Origin: Octopus bimaculoides
Lineage: Eukaryota
Assembly (NCBI RefSeq): GCF_001194135.2
Contig: NC_069002.1
Span: 18,334,606-18,382,811 of the forward strand
Length of the DNA stretch: 48,206 bases
Reading direction: 5' to 3'
Shown: positions 11,897-23,697 of the stretch, one piece after another
Numbering within the stretch: the first letter of the stretch is position 1
Layout: each line of letters opens with the position of its first letter
Notes under the pieces: generated by a model
Seen by the model: the letters and a program-made list of their open reading frames with translations, nothing else
The model's database searches: none
Told to the model about the DNA's origin: nothing
Translations under genes and position numbers: made by a program

Positions 11897-12901
11897 TATT
11901 GGGTTGGCAACTAAGATCCCGCGGTTTTTTTTTAAATTTTAGAATCTATTTTGGTTTTTTTCTAGTTAATTTTAGTTAATTTTTGTTTATTTTCAGATCA
12001 TTAAAATGGAATGTCAAGTTAAGAAAAACGACCATTTTCGACACCTCCTTTTTACTTTTAATCAAAGTTCTAAGGCCGCAAAAGCTGCTCGCGACACCTG
12101 TGTTGTGTATGGAGAGGGTGCCATAGCTAAAAGAAACCACTCGTGATTATTGGTATGCCAAGTTCAAAAATGGAAATTTTGACCTCAAAGGCGCACCTCG
12201 TTCTGGCCGTCCAGTTGAGTTCGATGAAGAGCGATTAAACCAACTTTTGCAAGAAAATTCTCGTCAAACGACAGAGAAAATGCAATGCTCCCACACTGCT
12301 ATAGAGAAGCATCTTCACTCGATGGGAAAGGTTCAGAAGTATGGAGCATGGGTTCCGCATGCTTTATGTGACAACAATTAATATCAACGAGCCACAATCT
12401 CCGCTGGCTTGCTTGCTCGTCACCGCTCATCCCATGGACACAAGCAACGATTTCTTTACCGAATCGTTACTGGCGACGAAAAATGGTGCTTGTACATCAA
12501 TATGAAGCAGCGTAAGGAATGGCTTAGCCCCGGTAAACAAGCGACACCGCCCGTGAAACAAGATCTTCATACGCATAAAACGATGTTGTGCGTATGGTGG
12601 GACTGGGAAGGGATTATCCATTACGAATTGCTTGAACGAAACCAAACGGTCAACGCGGGACTCTATGTTCAACAGATGGAACGACTCAACGCGGCTATTC
12701 AAGAGAAAAGACCTAATCGGCAGCTTGGAGTTCTTCTGTTGCACGACAACGCCCGCCCTCATATCACCAATATGACCAAGGAAGCCATTCAAATGCATGG
12801 CTGGGAAGTGCTGCCACACCCGCCGTACTCTCCTGATCTGGCACCAACGGATTTCTACCTCTTTCGATCTCTTTCAAATGCTATGCGCGGAGTTTCGTTC
12901 A
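11897..12901 (+). mobile_element. Mariner (D,D34D) DNA transposon, mellifera-subfamily-like left TIR; pseudogenised, right end lost in the gap
   Basis: TA (11897-98) precedes TTGGGTTGGCAACTAAG. ATG at 12006, then WVPHAL, TGDEKW, HDNARPH and YSPDLAPTD, with 34 residues between the second and third Asp. Frameshift near 12135 and premature TAA at 12379-12381. Confidence 0.95.
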
Positions 12902-13561
12902 NNNNNNNNNNNNNNNNNNNNNNNNNNNNNNNNNNNNNNNNNNNNNNNNNNNNNNNNNNNNNNNNNNNNNNNNNNNNNNNNNNNNNNNNNNNNNNNNNNN
13001 NNNNNNNNNNNNNNNNNNNNNNNNNNNNNNNNNNNNNNNNNNNNNNNNNNNNNNNNNNNNNNNNNNNNNNNNNNNNNNNNNNNNNNNNNNNNNNNNNNNN
13101 NNNNNNNNNNNNNNNNNNNNNNNNNNNNNNNNNNNNNNNNNNNNNNNNNNNNNNNNNNNNNNNNNNNNNNNNNNNNNNNNNNNNNNNNNNNNNNNNNNNN
13201 NNNNNNNNNNNNNNNNNNNNNNNNNNNNNNNNNNNNNNNNNNNNNNNNNNNNNNNNNNNNNNNNNNNNNNNNNNNNNNNNNNNNNNNNNNNNNNNNNNNN
13301 NNNNNNNNNNNNNNNNNNNNNNNNNNNNNNNNNNNNNNNNNNNNNNNNNNNNNNNNNNNNNNNNNNNNNNNNNNNNNNNNNNNNNNNNNNNNNNNNNNNN
13401 NNNNNNNNNNNNNNNNNNNNNNNNNNNNNNNNNNNNNNNNNNNNNNNNNNNNNNNNNNNNNNNNNNNNNNNNNNNNNNNNNNNNNNNNNNNNNNNNNNNN
13501 NNNNNNNNNNNNNNNNNNNNNNNNATATATATGTATGTATATATACATATATATGTATATG

Positions 13562-13605
13562 TAAGTATATTATTCAACTACGGTGGTAGTTGAATAATAT
13601 TCTTA
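13562..13605. other. Inverted repeat/hairpin (20-bp stem, 1 mismatch, 4-nt loop)
   Basis: ATATTATTCAACTAC-GGTG-GTAGTTGAATAATAT is a perfect 15-bp stem (13567-13600), extended by 4 bp after one mismatch. Confidence 0.9.
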
Positions 13606-14079
13606 AGGCTGCAATTTACTCACACGCAGCATCTTTGAGAGCTTGTCGTTATAATTCAGATCTTAACCAAATTTAAAACTGTTGCCATTTTTGAAGAGGA
13701 CTGGTTCCTAGCTACATTTTGGCATAAACATTGAGATTTGATCCAGTAGAAAAAAGTTTACATCAAAATTTATTTCGGGCCTCGTGCCTAGAGTACAAAA
13801 ACAATTTTGTTACATTTTTTTGTTGTTAATCTAGTCGTGAAAATCGCTGATTCTGAAAATTAATAGGCTTTACTTTTTGTCTCTAAAGGCATTAAATTCC
13901 ATGGGAGGGCAGTGGAGGATGTCATTTACAATGATATTTCAAAATCGGCCTTTTCTATCACAACGTAAAGATTTAGATACACCTTTAACTTTTCTATTCA
14001 TTACTCGTTCCTGAATAGCAAAGAAACGTGGTATATGATATATGTACTTGTATCATGTACGTATGTGTGTGTGTGTGAT

Positions 14080-14082
<3 letters not shown>

Positions 14083-14166
<84 letters not shown>

Positions 14167-14252
14167 GAGAGAGAGAGAGAGAGTGAGAGAGGGAGTGAGA
14201 GAGATGCAGAGAGAAAGAGAGAGGGAGTGAGAGAGGTGCAGAGAGAGAGAGA
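14083..14252. repeat. (GA)n microsatellite, degenerate at the 3' end
   Basis: Direct reading; explains the poly-RE and poly-LS ORFs. Confidence 0.97.
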
Positions 14253-15834
14253 GAATAATATGTTGTAAGGGTGGCTTCTCTTCCCCTGACATTGATGTTA
14301 GTACTCTGTAGCGTTTTATCTTACGGAACGTTTTCTTAAGCATAACTTGCTGTTAATGTGATGACTATTTCTTACACCAACTTTCTGTTTCAGTAGCTTA
14401 GTCTAGCTATCCGTGGGGAAAATTAAGGCACCTGTTTACTGAGAGAATCTATTCAGGATTTCTTCACCTACTCTCCAAATGTCATTTTCACATACATGAT
14501 GTACTTATTTCCCCCTTTATTGTTCCGTATATGTCATCTGAGTGTACGATGCAGCACTCATAAGTCGATTGAACTAGCTTCGTCTCTCTGCCTCCCTCCA
14601 CATTCTTTCCATTGATGCTGACAGCGTATATATACGTATGTTCGTACGCACGTAAAGAGAATGGTGACGAGTGAAAAATAACTGATGATAATAAAATGTT
14701 ACATTCGAAATTTCTTCCCTGTCAAACTCTTTGCCCTGTACTAAATTTACAACAGACTAATTCAAAGACAATTAAATGAAGAACTTCCGCTGGTGGTGTG
14801 AAACTTGCCTCTACACTATGTATATTGACTTAAACATGACTGCCGGATCGAAATAATTATATTATTCTGAAACCATAACATTTATATTTTGTATTTATTA
14901 CCCTTTGTGTGTTTCTTTTTCTCTTAGCTGGTCATTGCAACTGAAAAACGACAACCTTCCGTATAGCTCTGTTATATTTTCAAGAGAGAGTGTATGAATA
15001 TCCACAACCAGAAAAGTAACCAAATTAGCATTGCAGAGGAGAGCAATTCATAATTTGTTACCAGCAGTAGTATACTAAATCAAGATATTCTACTCTGTCC
15101 TGCTGTGACTAACACTCTGTAATATAGGTGGAAGATGTTTCACGAAATTGACGAATATTTAGTTTGCTGCAAGAAATCCAATTCCTTCTGTGCAGTACAT
15201 TACTTGCAATAGATCGGAGTTTTTTTCCTATCTATAACTATATTTTTCAATTCTGGTTCTCGTTTCATGTCAAATCAGCGCTGATCTATTACATATAGGA
15301 TCAAAAGCTTCCCAGTCGTGGCCATCCTGTCTTCCATATACCAGAGACAATCGAGTAGTGTGCCCTGTCAATAATTTTTCAACAAACAGGATAAATTTGA
15401 AGGGACGCACAACTTTATTAGTGTTGGTAAGAAAATAGCATTGATAGATGACAACTAGTTTTATTGATGACATAATGAAAGATTTGGTGATGTTAGTGAC
15501 GGTAGAGAACGGTGATGACGGGGTGAGAAGGGAATAGTAGAGGCGATGGTAAAAATAGTGATATCGAAGAGGCAGAGGCAGTTCTAGTGAAGCAACAACA
15601 CTATGAACAGGAACCCCTCTTCGGAAAGGAATAAGTGACAAGGCAAAGTCTTTCTACCAAGCTTATTCAAGTCACGGTGCTCTTCAAATTTCATGTCAAT
15701 TCGAATTTCACCGATTGTCAATTTCAACGGCAACTTCATTCGGATGATAACGACAATATGAGACAGCGACGATAGGAAGGACACTGGAGATGCTTACGAT
15801 GGGGTCGGTGTTGTTTAGAACTTGATCGACTACG

Positions 15835-15890
15835 ACTTAGCAAACCTTTGATCAAAGGCATTCTAGCCTTGACCGTCCAGTCTTTCTGCC
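15835..15890 (+). repeat. Core of an old dispersed repeat family (other copies ~25355-25400 +, ~39478-39520 +, ~40205-40255 -)
   Basis: Shared degenerate motif ctatgatcaa..cattcca.cgtgaccatcc..tcttt seen by eye in four places; family not assigned. Confidence 0.5.
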
Positions 15891-16077
15891 AGGGTATTAT
15901 CTACTCTGTGCAATGCTATCTCATGCGTCTTATTCCAAGACGGTACGCATTGCTTTGAGGAGGATATGGGTGCTATAACTGTGACAGTTAAGAGACTCCA
16001 TAGAGACTCGTACTGGTGGTGATGGTGGTGGTGGAGATAGCATCGTCATAATAATGGTGATGGTGTGTCGTGTTCAT

Positions 16078-16108
<31 letters not shown>

Positions 16109-16382
16109 GGATAAATACAGTGGTTACTATGGTGATGATAGCGATTGTGGTTACGTTGTTGAAACAGTGCTGTTATTTGAAATATAATAATTCCTGGGGC
16201 CAAAGTTTGAAAATGTTAACTGTCTGCTGTTATTTGATTGGAATTTTCTTCTGAATTAATTATAGTGATAATGTTCGACTCCCTTCTGGTAGTAACACGC
16301 CACAAATACATTGTATACTTATGCATTATATATATGCATGTGTTTATACATATACATAGATACATAAAAATACGTACATACA

Positions 16383-16384
16383 TA

Positions 16385-16451
<67 letters not shown>

Positions 16452-16496
16452 ATGGACGGATCTATCTTTATGGACGGATCTATCTTTATGGATGGA
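16383..16496. repeat. (TATC)n followed by three copies of the 18-bp unit TCTATCTTTATGGACGGA (16443-16496)
   Basis: Direct reading; the third copy has one substitution. Confidence 0.92.
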
Positions 16497-16698
16497 CGAT
16501 AGACACAGCGGCTCCATGTAAGTTTGCCTTTTATTGCTTTAAAAAGTTGTTCTTGGATTATATTTTTTATGTAAAAGTTATACAACAACTGATACATTCA
16601 GTTGTGCAAATTGTTTGCACAGCAAAGCTGCCCTGTATGGCGTATTTCCCCATTTTGTGAATTTGTTTTCGGCTTTCTTAGCCATTTTTGTTTTGAGG

Positions 16699-18193
16699 AT
16701 GGCATCTTCAAATTATGAAGACGATCTTATAACGAACGCCGGTCTCTTTAGCAACTCTTTCGAAGTTGATTTCCCTACACTGACTTCACCAAAGCTTCAT
16801 GAAGGAGGGAAGAAGGGGATAAAGGTCACACAAGCAGATGCAAGTGTGAGCATGAAAGCTAGCACCGCCACCACCACCAGCAACAACACCGATATCGTCG
16901 CAAAGCCGTCGACCTTAAAGAATAGAAATACCAACACTACCACCACAGCTTCACCGTCAACTGCTACAACTGACACCTCTGCCACCACCATCAACAGCAG
17001 CACCACCAACAGCAGCACCACCAACACCACAAATTTCGTTGAAGAGTTAAGACAGAAAAGAAAGATTGTATCTTTCACTGCCCAACAAATAAAAGACACT
17101 AAATCACTACTCCACAAAAAAGGCGAAACCTTACACTTAAATATCCTACAGAACATACTAGAAGAAACACAGAAAAAACCAATCATATACAAAATATTGA
17201 ATATAAAAACAAAAAAAGCAGAATACGCAGCACAGGAAAAAATTGAGAAGTGCCTTCGCCCTGTATGGCCACATAAGGGTTACGTCAATTAGTGGCGTAA
17301 ATTTGCCACTGTTCAAGTTCACTTCCACAGTGAAGAATTAGCGAAAAAATTTTCGACAATCACTCTGCGCATAGATCAGCTAACAATGATACCCGGCTAT
17401 CTTGGGCAAAGAGTAACAAAAGTAACTATAAAAAATGTGCTTCCAGAGGTAGAGACACAGTGGCTGTTATCGACCATCTGTTTTGAAATGGAGGAAGCCA
17501 ATATTTTAGAGATTGCCGTCCTTGATGAGCAAAACTGGGCAGGTAAAGAACTCGAAATCCTGTTGCAAATCGATCAAGAATAGATAAATAACCTACTAGC
17601 AAATATCGAACTAGCAGAAGGACACAAGTTGTATATGGTGGTGGAGGGCAGGAGGCCACGATGCTACTTATGCAACAGTGAGACACATTTAAAATCTGAT
17701 TGTCCAACTGCTGCCAAAAACAAAGAGCAGCAACAACAACAACCACTACCAAAACCTGCAACCCCCCCTGCTATCCACCCACCTTCAACACACAAAACCC
17801 CCCCCAGAAATAACAACACCAACAATCGAAAACAAAACAATAAGTGAAGAAATAGGAAAAACAGCAGAAGATGCAAAAACTGTTTCCCCCTCTCCTATAT
17901 CGCATACACATAATACAAAGAAGCAACAACCAACACCAACAGAAACAACAGCACAACCACTTACACAAACAAACACAGAAGCTTACGACATGCCCCTATC
18001 CCCTTCCGATTACTCAGAACTTTCGTCGGAAGACGAAAGTAGTGAGGAATGGCAAATAGCCAGAAAAGGAAGGAGGAAGAGGAGCAAAATCGAACAAAGG
18101 CAAACACCAACAAAGCAGGGAGATACACAACTCTCGTTGCTGCTAAACAATAAGAAGCAACGTAATACTCAGCTCATTATGGATATTCTATGA
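16699..18193 (+). pseudogene. LINE ORF1/gag-like nucleic-acid-binding protein with CCHC knuckle (Tx1/L1-like); no ORF2 follows
   Basis: ORF-track pieces 16615, 17386 and 17629 share one frame, separated only by TAG at 17290-92 and 17581-83. Knuckle CYLCNSETHLKSDC (CX2CX4HX4C) at 17662-17703. A +1 shift near the C8 run (17798-17805) continues to EEWQIARKGRRKR and a stop at 18193. Confidence 0.8.
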
Positions 18194-18550
18194 GCGAAAG
18201 GAGAATTTGTGACGAGTTGTATTGAAGTTGAGAAATAGATTAAGGAATTACCAAACTGGTTGATACTAAGTAGTGAAACATAAAAACCACGATAAGGATT
18301 TTCATACATTAACGCGAAATAGTCAGTGACCTGTTGTTGTTGTTTTTAGTAGAATCAAGTTATTGAATATCTCTGTATCCACCACTAAAATGTGCTCAAA
18401 GAAAATTCTTTGACACTGGAGATTTCTATGCAAAGCAGCTACAATAGGAAGAAACTTTTGTACAAGTAGATGGAAACATTTTTGTATTGCTAGACTACCA
18501 TAAATGCGTCTGGAATTATTTTATCAACAGCAATATCAATAATTTCGAAT

Positions 18551-18865
18551 GTTGTTGTTACTGCTTGTTCCTTCTCGAGCCATGTCTGACTCATAAGGGC
18601 CGGTTTCCTGGTTTCATTGACGTATAGATTCCTCACCTGGACGGGATGCCGGTCTTTTGCAAGTGAGCTGTTAAATGCAGGGGGAAAGAATGAGAGAAAG
18701 TTGTGGCGAAAGAGCCAGCAGGGGTTCGCCATTCCCTTCTGCCGGAGCCGCGTGGCGATTAGGTGTTTCGGTCATAAGCACGCACATCACGCAGTCTGAG
18801 ATTCGAACCCACGATCTCTTGACTGCGAATCCGCTGCTCTAACCACTAGGCCACGTGTCCCCACA
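18551..18865 (-). mobile_element. tRNA-derived SINE
   Basis: Minus-strand A box TGGCCTAGTGG (18853-18843), B box GGTTCGAATC (18809-18800) and (AAC)n-like tail. The central segment is shared with the 47793-48178 copy. Confidence 0.88.
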
Positions 18866-19553
18866 GTTCTGAATACATCATCTCTAATAAATAATTTCTT
18901 ACCCAAGCACCAATAAGTTAGACGGGGAAAAGAGTGGGTTTGCTTTAACCACGGTACTAAACCAGTAGTACTTGATTTTTATCAACCTCGACAAAATTTG
19001 ATCTGAGAACGGAAAGAAGGTAAATTGCCGTATTCCTTGTCATCCGTTGTTCTACTGATTTTCTCACTCAAATGTAAAAGTAGATATCCATCGGTTTCGG
19101 TGGTGAGTATACAGTTGCTCAGTCAATTGAATTCCTTGCTCAATGAATGTAAGTAGTTGAGCGTTACACCGACAAGTGTAACCTTAAAATAATTCTCATG
19201 CGGAATCAAAACGACTCTGCTGTAATTTGTAGGTATAATACATATGAAGGACTTTCATACAATTTCAACTTATCTACTTTCTCTCACAAGCCTTGGATTG
19301 ACCAAAAACGATTGCCCTTGCAAGATGCGTAACATTCTTGTTCGGCTAAACGTCTTCTCTGATTGTGAAACAAACTTCTCAGCCATTAGACATGCTGAAG
19401 CTATTCTAACTTACGCCGTTATAACCAGTAACTTGATAACAAACTTTCAAGTCGATTGTGTGATGAACGAATAACCGAAAAGAAAAACGAATACTGTTCG
19501 AATTTTGTCTCCCGCATTTCTTTATGCTTATAACAAAGACACGTAACACTTAC

Positions 19554-19748
19554 TGGCTAGGTCAAGTTGGATCTTGAATCTGATTCTCACAAGTATGGTG
19601 TATGCGATTGGTATGTCGTCTGGTTGACAATCTCTGCATGAAATGTTTGCGATCGTTGGTGTAGTCAATTTCTCTCCGTGATAGTGTATAGATTCACTGG
19701 TTTGAGTTGCGTGAACTGACAACTGCAAGTAAGTATATTGACTGGGTC
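19554..19748 (-). CDS. Candidate isolated coding exon (195 bp, phase 1-1), product unknown
   Basis: Acceptor aacttcttttatccag|G, donor CCA|gtaagt, length divisible by 3 and only one open frame (GPSQYTYLQLSV...CRDCQPDDIPIAYTILVRIRFKIQLDLA). No family recognised. Confidence 0.35.
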
Positions 19749-20281
19749 CTGGATAAAAGAAGTTATATATGTAAATAAAGTTGTTTTGTAGAAGTGTGAT
19801 TTCGTTTTCTTTAAGTAGCACTTCTTCCTATAGGGAGAAGTTAATGTGAAATGCAAGTGTTTTATCCGAGCGGAAGTGAAAGGATTAATTTCTCATTTGC
19901 AAAAAATAAGTGGAGATACACATTATCCTCAGAGATCTCTGTGGTTTGGAAAGTATTTTAACAAAGAAACGTAGAACACACAACACTTGTAATTTATAAC
20001 ATTTCTTCTAGAATATCTTGTGCAAATTCCACACGCTGCAGGGATTCATTACATTGCGCTCACGATTCATGTTTGATGTTGAAGAAATTCCTAATTAAGT
20101 CTGTTTGACTAATGGTCAATAAAGTCATTAGCAATATCTTCCGCCAGCAAGTCTCTTGCATACAATTTCTTCGAGGGTATAACTTTTAAACAGGTACTCT
20201 CTGCTTCTTGAATGTATTCTTTATACAACTCCATCACAATAGCAAAGTCTTTTATTGCACCAAATTACGTTCAGAATTCGG

Positions 20282-20283
<2 letters not shown>

Positions 20284-20339
<56 letters not shown>

Positions 20340-20462
20340 TGTGTGTGTGTGTGTGTATGTGTGTGTGTGCGTGTGTGTGTGTGTGTGTGTATGTGTGTGT
20401 GTGTGAGTGTGTGTGTGTATGTGTGCGCGCGCATGCGCTTGAGTGTGTGTGTGTGTTCGTGT
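20284..20462. repeat. (TG)n microsatellite
   Basis: Direct reading of the sequence. Confidence 0.97.
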
Positions 20463-21169
20463 GCTTAATGTGAATTGCAGTGCCAGGTTAAAAGACAGAA
20501 TGTGACAACCAATCCAGAAATCGAACCCCCAACCTTATGATCTGGAGCCCGACATCCTAATTGCAAGAATATGCACTCTCACCATTGTCTCATTGTACGA
20601 AGCTTATCATTTCACTTTGCTAACATCTACATAATTGAATTTGAGCACCAGCTAAGAGCTGGCGCAACCCTCTCTCCCTCCAACATACTGGATGCTGCAC
20701 TAGTGGAAGATTGGGATAAACGAAGTGTGTGTCTGACTCTGCTAGTAACTATAATAGGGGCACTTAAATAGTGTAATCATAATACATGCTTCTGTGTCAA
20801 ACGAACTTTTGCGAGTGACACATAGCCACACACGCACGCATACATGTGTCTGTGTCTGTGTGGTCTGTCCGTCTGTGTGTGTTTAAGTGTACGTACGCGT
20901 ATGTATTTGTGTGTCTGTTTCTCTTTACATTACTGGCTTTCTGCAAAAAGGCAACTGGAGACTGAGATAGTAGATAGCAGAAGCGGAGATACAATCTGGG
21001 CCATAATGAGAGTAAATCTATTTTACATGACTAAAACTAAAAATAGTAATTATACAAACATCACCACCATTAAAGCTATTTAGAAATAGATAGAAATAAG
21101 AAAAAAACTTATGGGAGCCTGTGATAAAATATCACCAAGTAAAAGTTTTGCTACGATTTCTAATACAGC

Positions 21170-22490
21170 ATCTAGTCTGATATAGGCAAGAGGTTAATGT
21201 AAGTACAGGGCAAATATATAAGCTTGGGTAATCTACGAAGTAGGATTATATGCGCAATTAGTTAATTTAGATACTGGGTTAATATAGAAATTATTTAATA
21301 TAAGAGGAAGTATAATAATATTAGAACTAGTCTCATAGAGGAACTGAGGACTAATACAAGAGCTAGTTTAAAATGAACTATAAGCTATTGAAGGTACGAC
21401 GTTAATGAAGGTATTGTGCTAGTATAAAATATTGGTAGTCTAAAATATTGGTAGCAGGTTTCCACAAATACTCAACTAATAACTTTCAGTAGACTTAGAT
21501 AAATGATAAGCTTACATAGGTTCTAGGATAATGTAGAAAGTAGCTTAATATCAAAACATAGGCAAGACATTTTCATTGGTAGTCGATTGATATAGGAATT
21601 ATACAAATATATTATGATAATAGACTTTCATCGAATTGAATGTTCACTATTATGGTATACGACGCATCTTTAGTACTTTCAGACATGAGTATATTTAACA
21701 CAAAGAGAGAAAGACACAGAAAAGAAGAGCTCCGTACAGAATTGGATCTTTATCAACCACGAAAGAAAGAAAGCGAAGTTTGTCGTTGTAGGAGTTGAGT
21801 TCAGAGACGAGAGCAGGAACGCAATCTATCCAACGCTCTAAAGACTCTTTGGCTGCCTTGATATAGATGCTTAGTTAATATAGACGCTAATCCAGGTTGT
21901 GGACTTATACAGATATTGGGCTAATTTAGATACTGGTCTAATTTAAAAACATGGCTAATTAGAAATGATAGGCTAGTACAGGCACTAGGATAATATATGT
22001 ACCAGGGAAATAATTCTACTCTGCAGGAAGGGTAAAATGCTTAGCAGTATTTCGTCCGTCTTGACGTTCTGAGTTCAAATTCTGCCGAAGCCGACTTTAC
22101 CTTTCAGAGTAGGTCGAGTAAGTGTCACTTGAGCACTGGGGTCGATGTAATCGACTTACCCCAATCCTCCGAAGATGCTGGTGCATGCCTAAATTTGAAA
22201 CTAATATTTCTAGTACGCTATTGCAGACACTTCATTAATCCAGACAATAGAATAATAACAATATTAGGTAGTAGGCGACTATAGGTTCTATAGATGCTGG
22301 GAAAATAGATTTGCTTAGTTAATATTGGGAATAAACTACTAGCTGCTAAAATAGCAGCTAGTATAGCTAATACAAATACCAGGTTAATAGGAGATCTGCG
22401 CTAATACCACAAGTTGTTTATAGATACTAGGCACATATAAGCATTGGGTTAATTAATATATTTGCTAGGCTTATATAAGGACAAGGTTAC
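21170..22490. repeat. Highly degenerate ~17-bp minisatellite (consensus ~AATATAGATACTAGGCT), interrupted by SINEs
   Basis: Six adjacent 17-18 bp units at 21906-22008 (e.g. aatttagatactggtct, aatttaaaaacatggct, agtacaggcactaggat). Similar units at ~21255-21300 and ~22285-22490. Confidence 0.6.
22028..22205 (+). mobile_element. SINE fragment (decayed relatives at ~45340-45500 and ~40366-40513)
   Basis: ggtaaaatgcttagc...ctgagttcaaattctgccga...ggggtcgatgtaatcgact, with a B-box-like GAGTTCAAAT and recurring relatives in the window. Confidence 0.7.
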
Positions 22491-22944
22491 GCATTTTTCA
22501 CAAAGTATAATCAACTATACGAAACCAATGTATAAGAAGCACTTCTTTTATAAATATGTGAAAGGATAAAATATAATGGAGTCGGCAGATTTGAACTTAG
22601 ACTCCAAAGAATCAAATTTAAATATCATACTCCATTTCCCCTGCTGTTCTACTGATTCTGGCTGCGACGGCTGCTATAAAATTCGAAAATTGTGATAGGT
22701 TTCGTTGAAACCCATACCACCGCCGCAATAACATCTATTTTAATCACTTTCTCGTTTCCCTTCCATTTTGTTAATCTTTTTATTGATCATCACTCATACT
22801 TAATTACACGGCAAGCATCCCATCTACCCGCTCTCTTTTTCATCCATTTTATCTTTCTGTCAATCGAATGTTTTACGATTTGACTGAGAAATCCAGGCAG
22901 AATTTTACCTCTATAATTATCAGTTTTAGAATTTTTCGGTCGTG

Positions 22945-22985
<41 letters not shown>

Positions 22986-23031
22986 CATTATTATCATTAT
23001 TATTATTATTATTATTATCATTATTATTATT
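22945..23031. repeat. (ATT)n/(ATC) microsatellite
   Basis: Direct reading of the sequence. Confidence 0.97.
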
Positions 23032-23168
23032 GAGTTTAAATTCCGCCGATGTCGATTCTGCTTTTCATTCTTTCGGGTAACTGTTACGTACGGGGGTCAG
23101 TGTAACCGACCTAATCCCCTCCTCCAAGCTGCCTTTGTAGCAAAAATTTGAAATCATTATTATTATTA

Positions 23169-23540
23169 TTACCTCTGCCTTAACGAAGGCGGGGGTGTTG
23201 TTTTCTGTCGTGTTTGTTTGTTTGTTTGTTTGTCCGTGGACAAGATATCTCAAGAACTGCTGGATGGATTCGGATGAAACTTTCAGAGATGTTTGGCCTC
23301 GTGACAGGCACGAACTAATTAGATTTTGGGATCAATCCGGTACCGGAAAAAGATGGTGGATTATTTTTCCTGTTTTTTTAAAATTTAATTTTTGAGAGCA
23401 GTCGGGTTCATTTTTAGTATTCTCGTTCGTGTGAGCAGTCGAGTTTATTTAAGATATTCTCGTTTTAAAAATCATTTCTGACTAATCATCGAGAGGACGT
23501 TGGTGTTGCTTTGGCGAGGTTTGCGTTCTCCGAGTGTTCT
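23169..23540 (+). mobile_element. Non-autonomous Helentron-type (HINE/DINE-1-like) element
   Basis: 5' subterminal repeat ACCTCTGCC (23171-79) folds onto GGCGGGGGT (23188-96). Internal (GTTT)n. The 3' inverted partner GGCGAGGT (23513-20) is followed by TTGCGTTCTCCGAGTGTTCT. No coding capacity. Confidence 0.65.
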
Positions 23541-23697
23541 TCTTCTTCTTCTTCTTCTTCTTCTTCTTCTTCTTCTTCTTCTTCTTCTTCTTCTTCTTCT
23601 TCTTCTTCTTCTTCTTCTTCTTCTTCTTCTTCTTCTTCTTCTTCTTCTTCTTCTTCTTCTTCTTCTTCTTCTTCTTCTTCTTCTTCTTCTTCTTCTT
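23537..23697. repeat. Long perfect (TCT)n microsatellite (~53 units)
   Basis: Direct reading; explains the poly-K/L/S ORFs. Confidence 0.98.

Noticed and set aside
14928-15426. Possible plus-strand exons (14928-~14990 and 15299-15426)
   Set aside because: Each has only one convincing splice site, the peptides are unrecognisable, and phases cannot be chained reliably.
20000-20260. QRVEFAQDIL-like text on the minus strand suggesting a Tc1/mariner remnant
   Set aside because: Single short motif with no catalytic residues or TIR seen.
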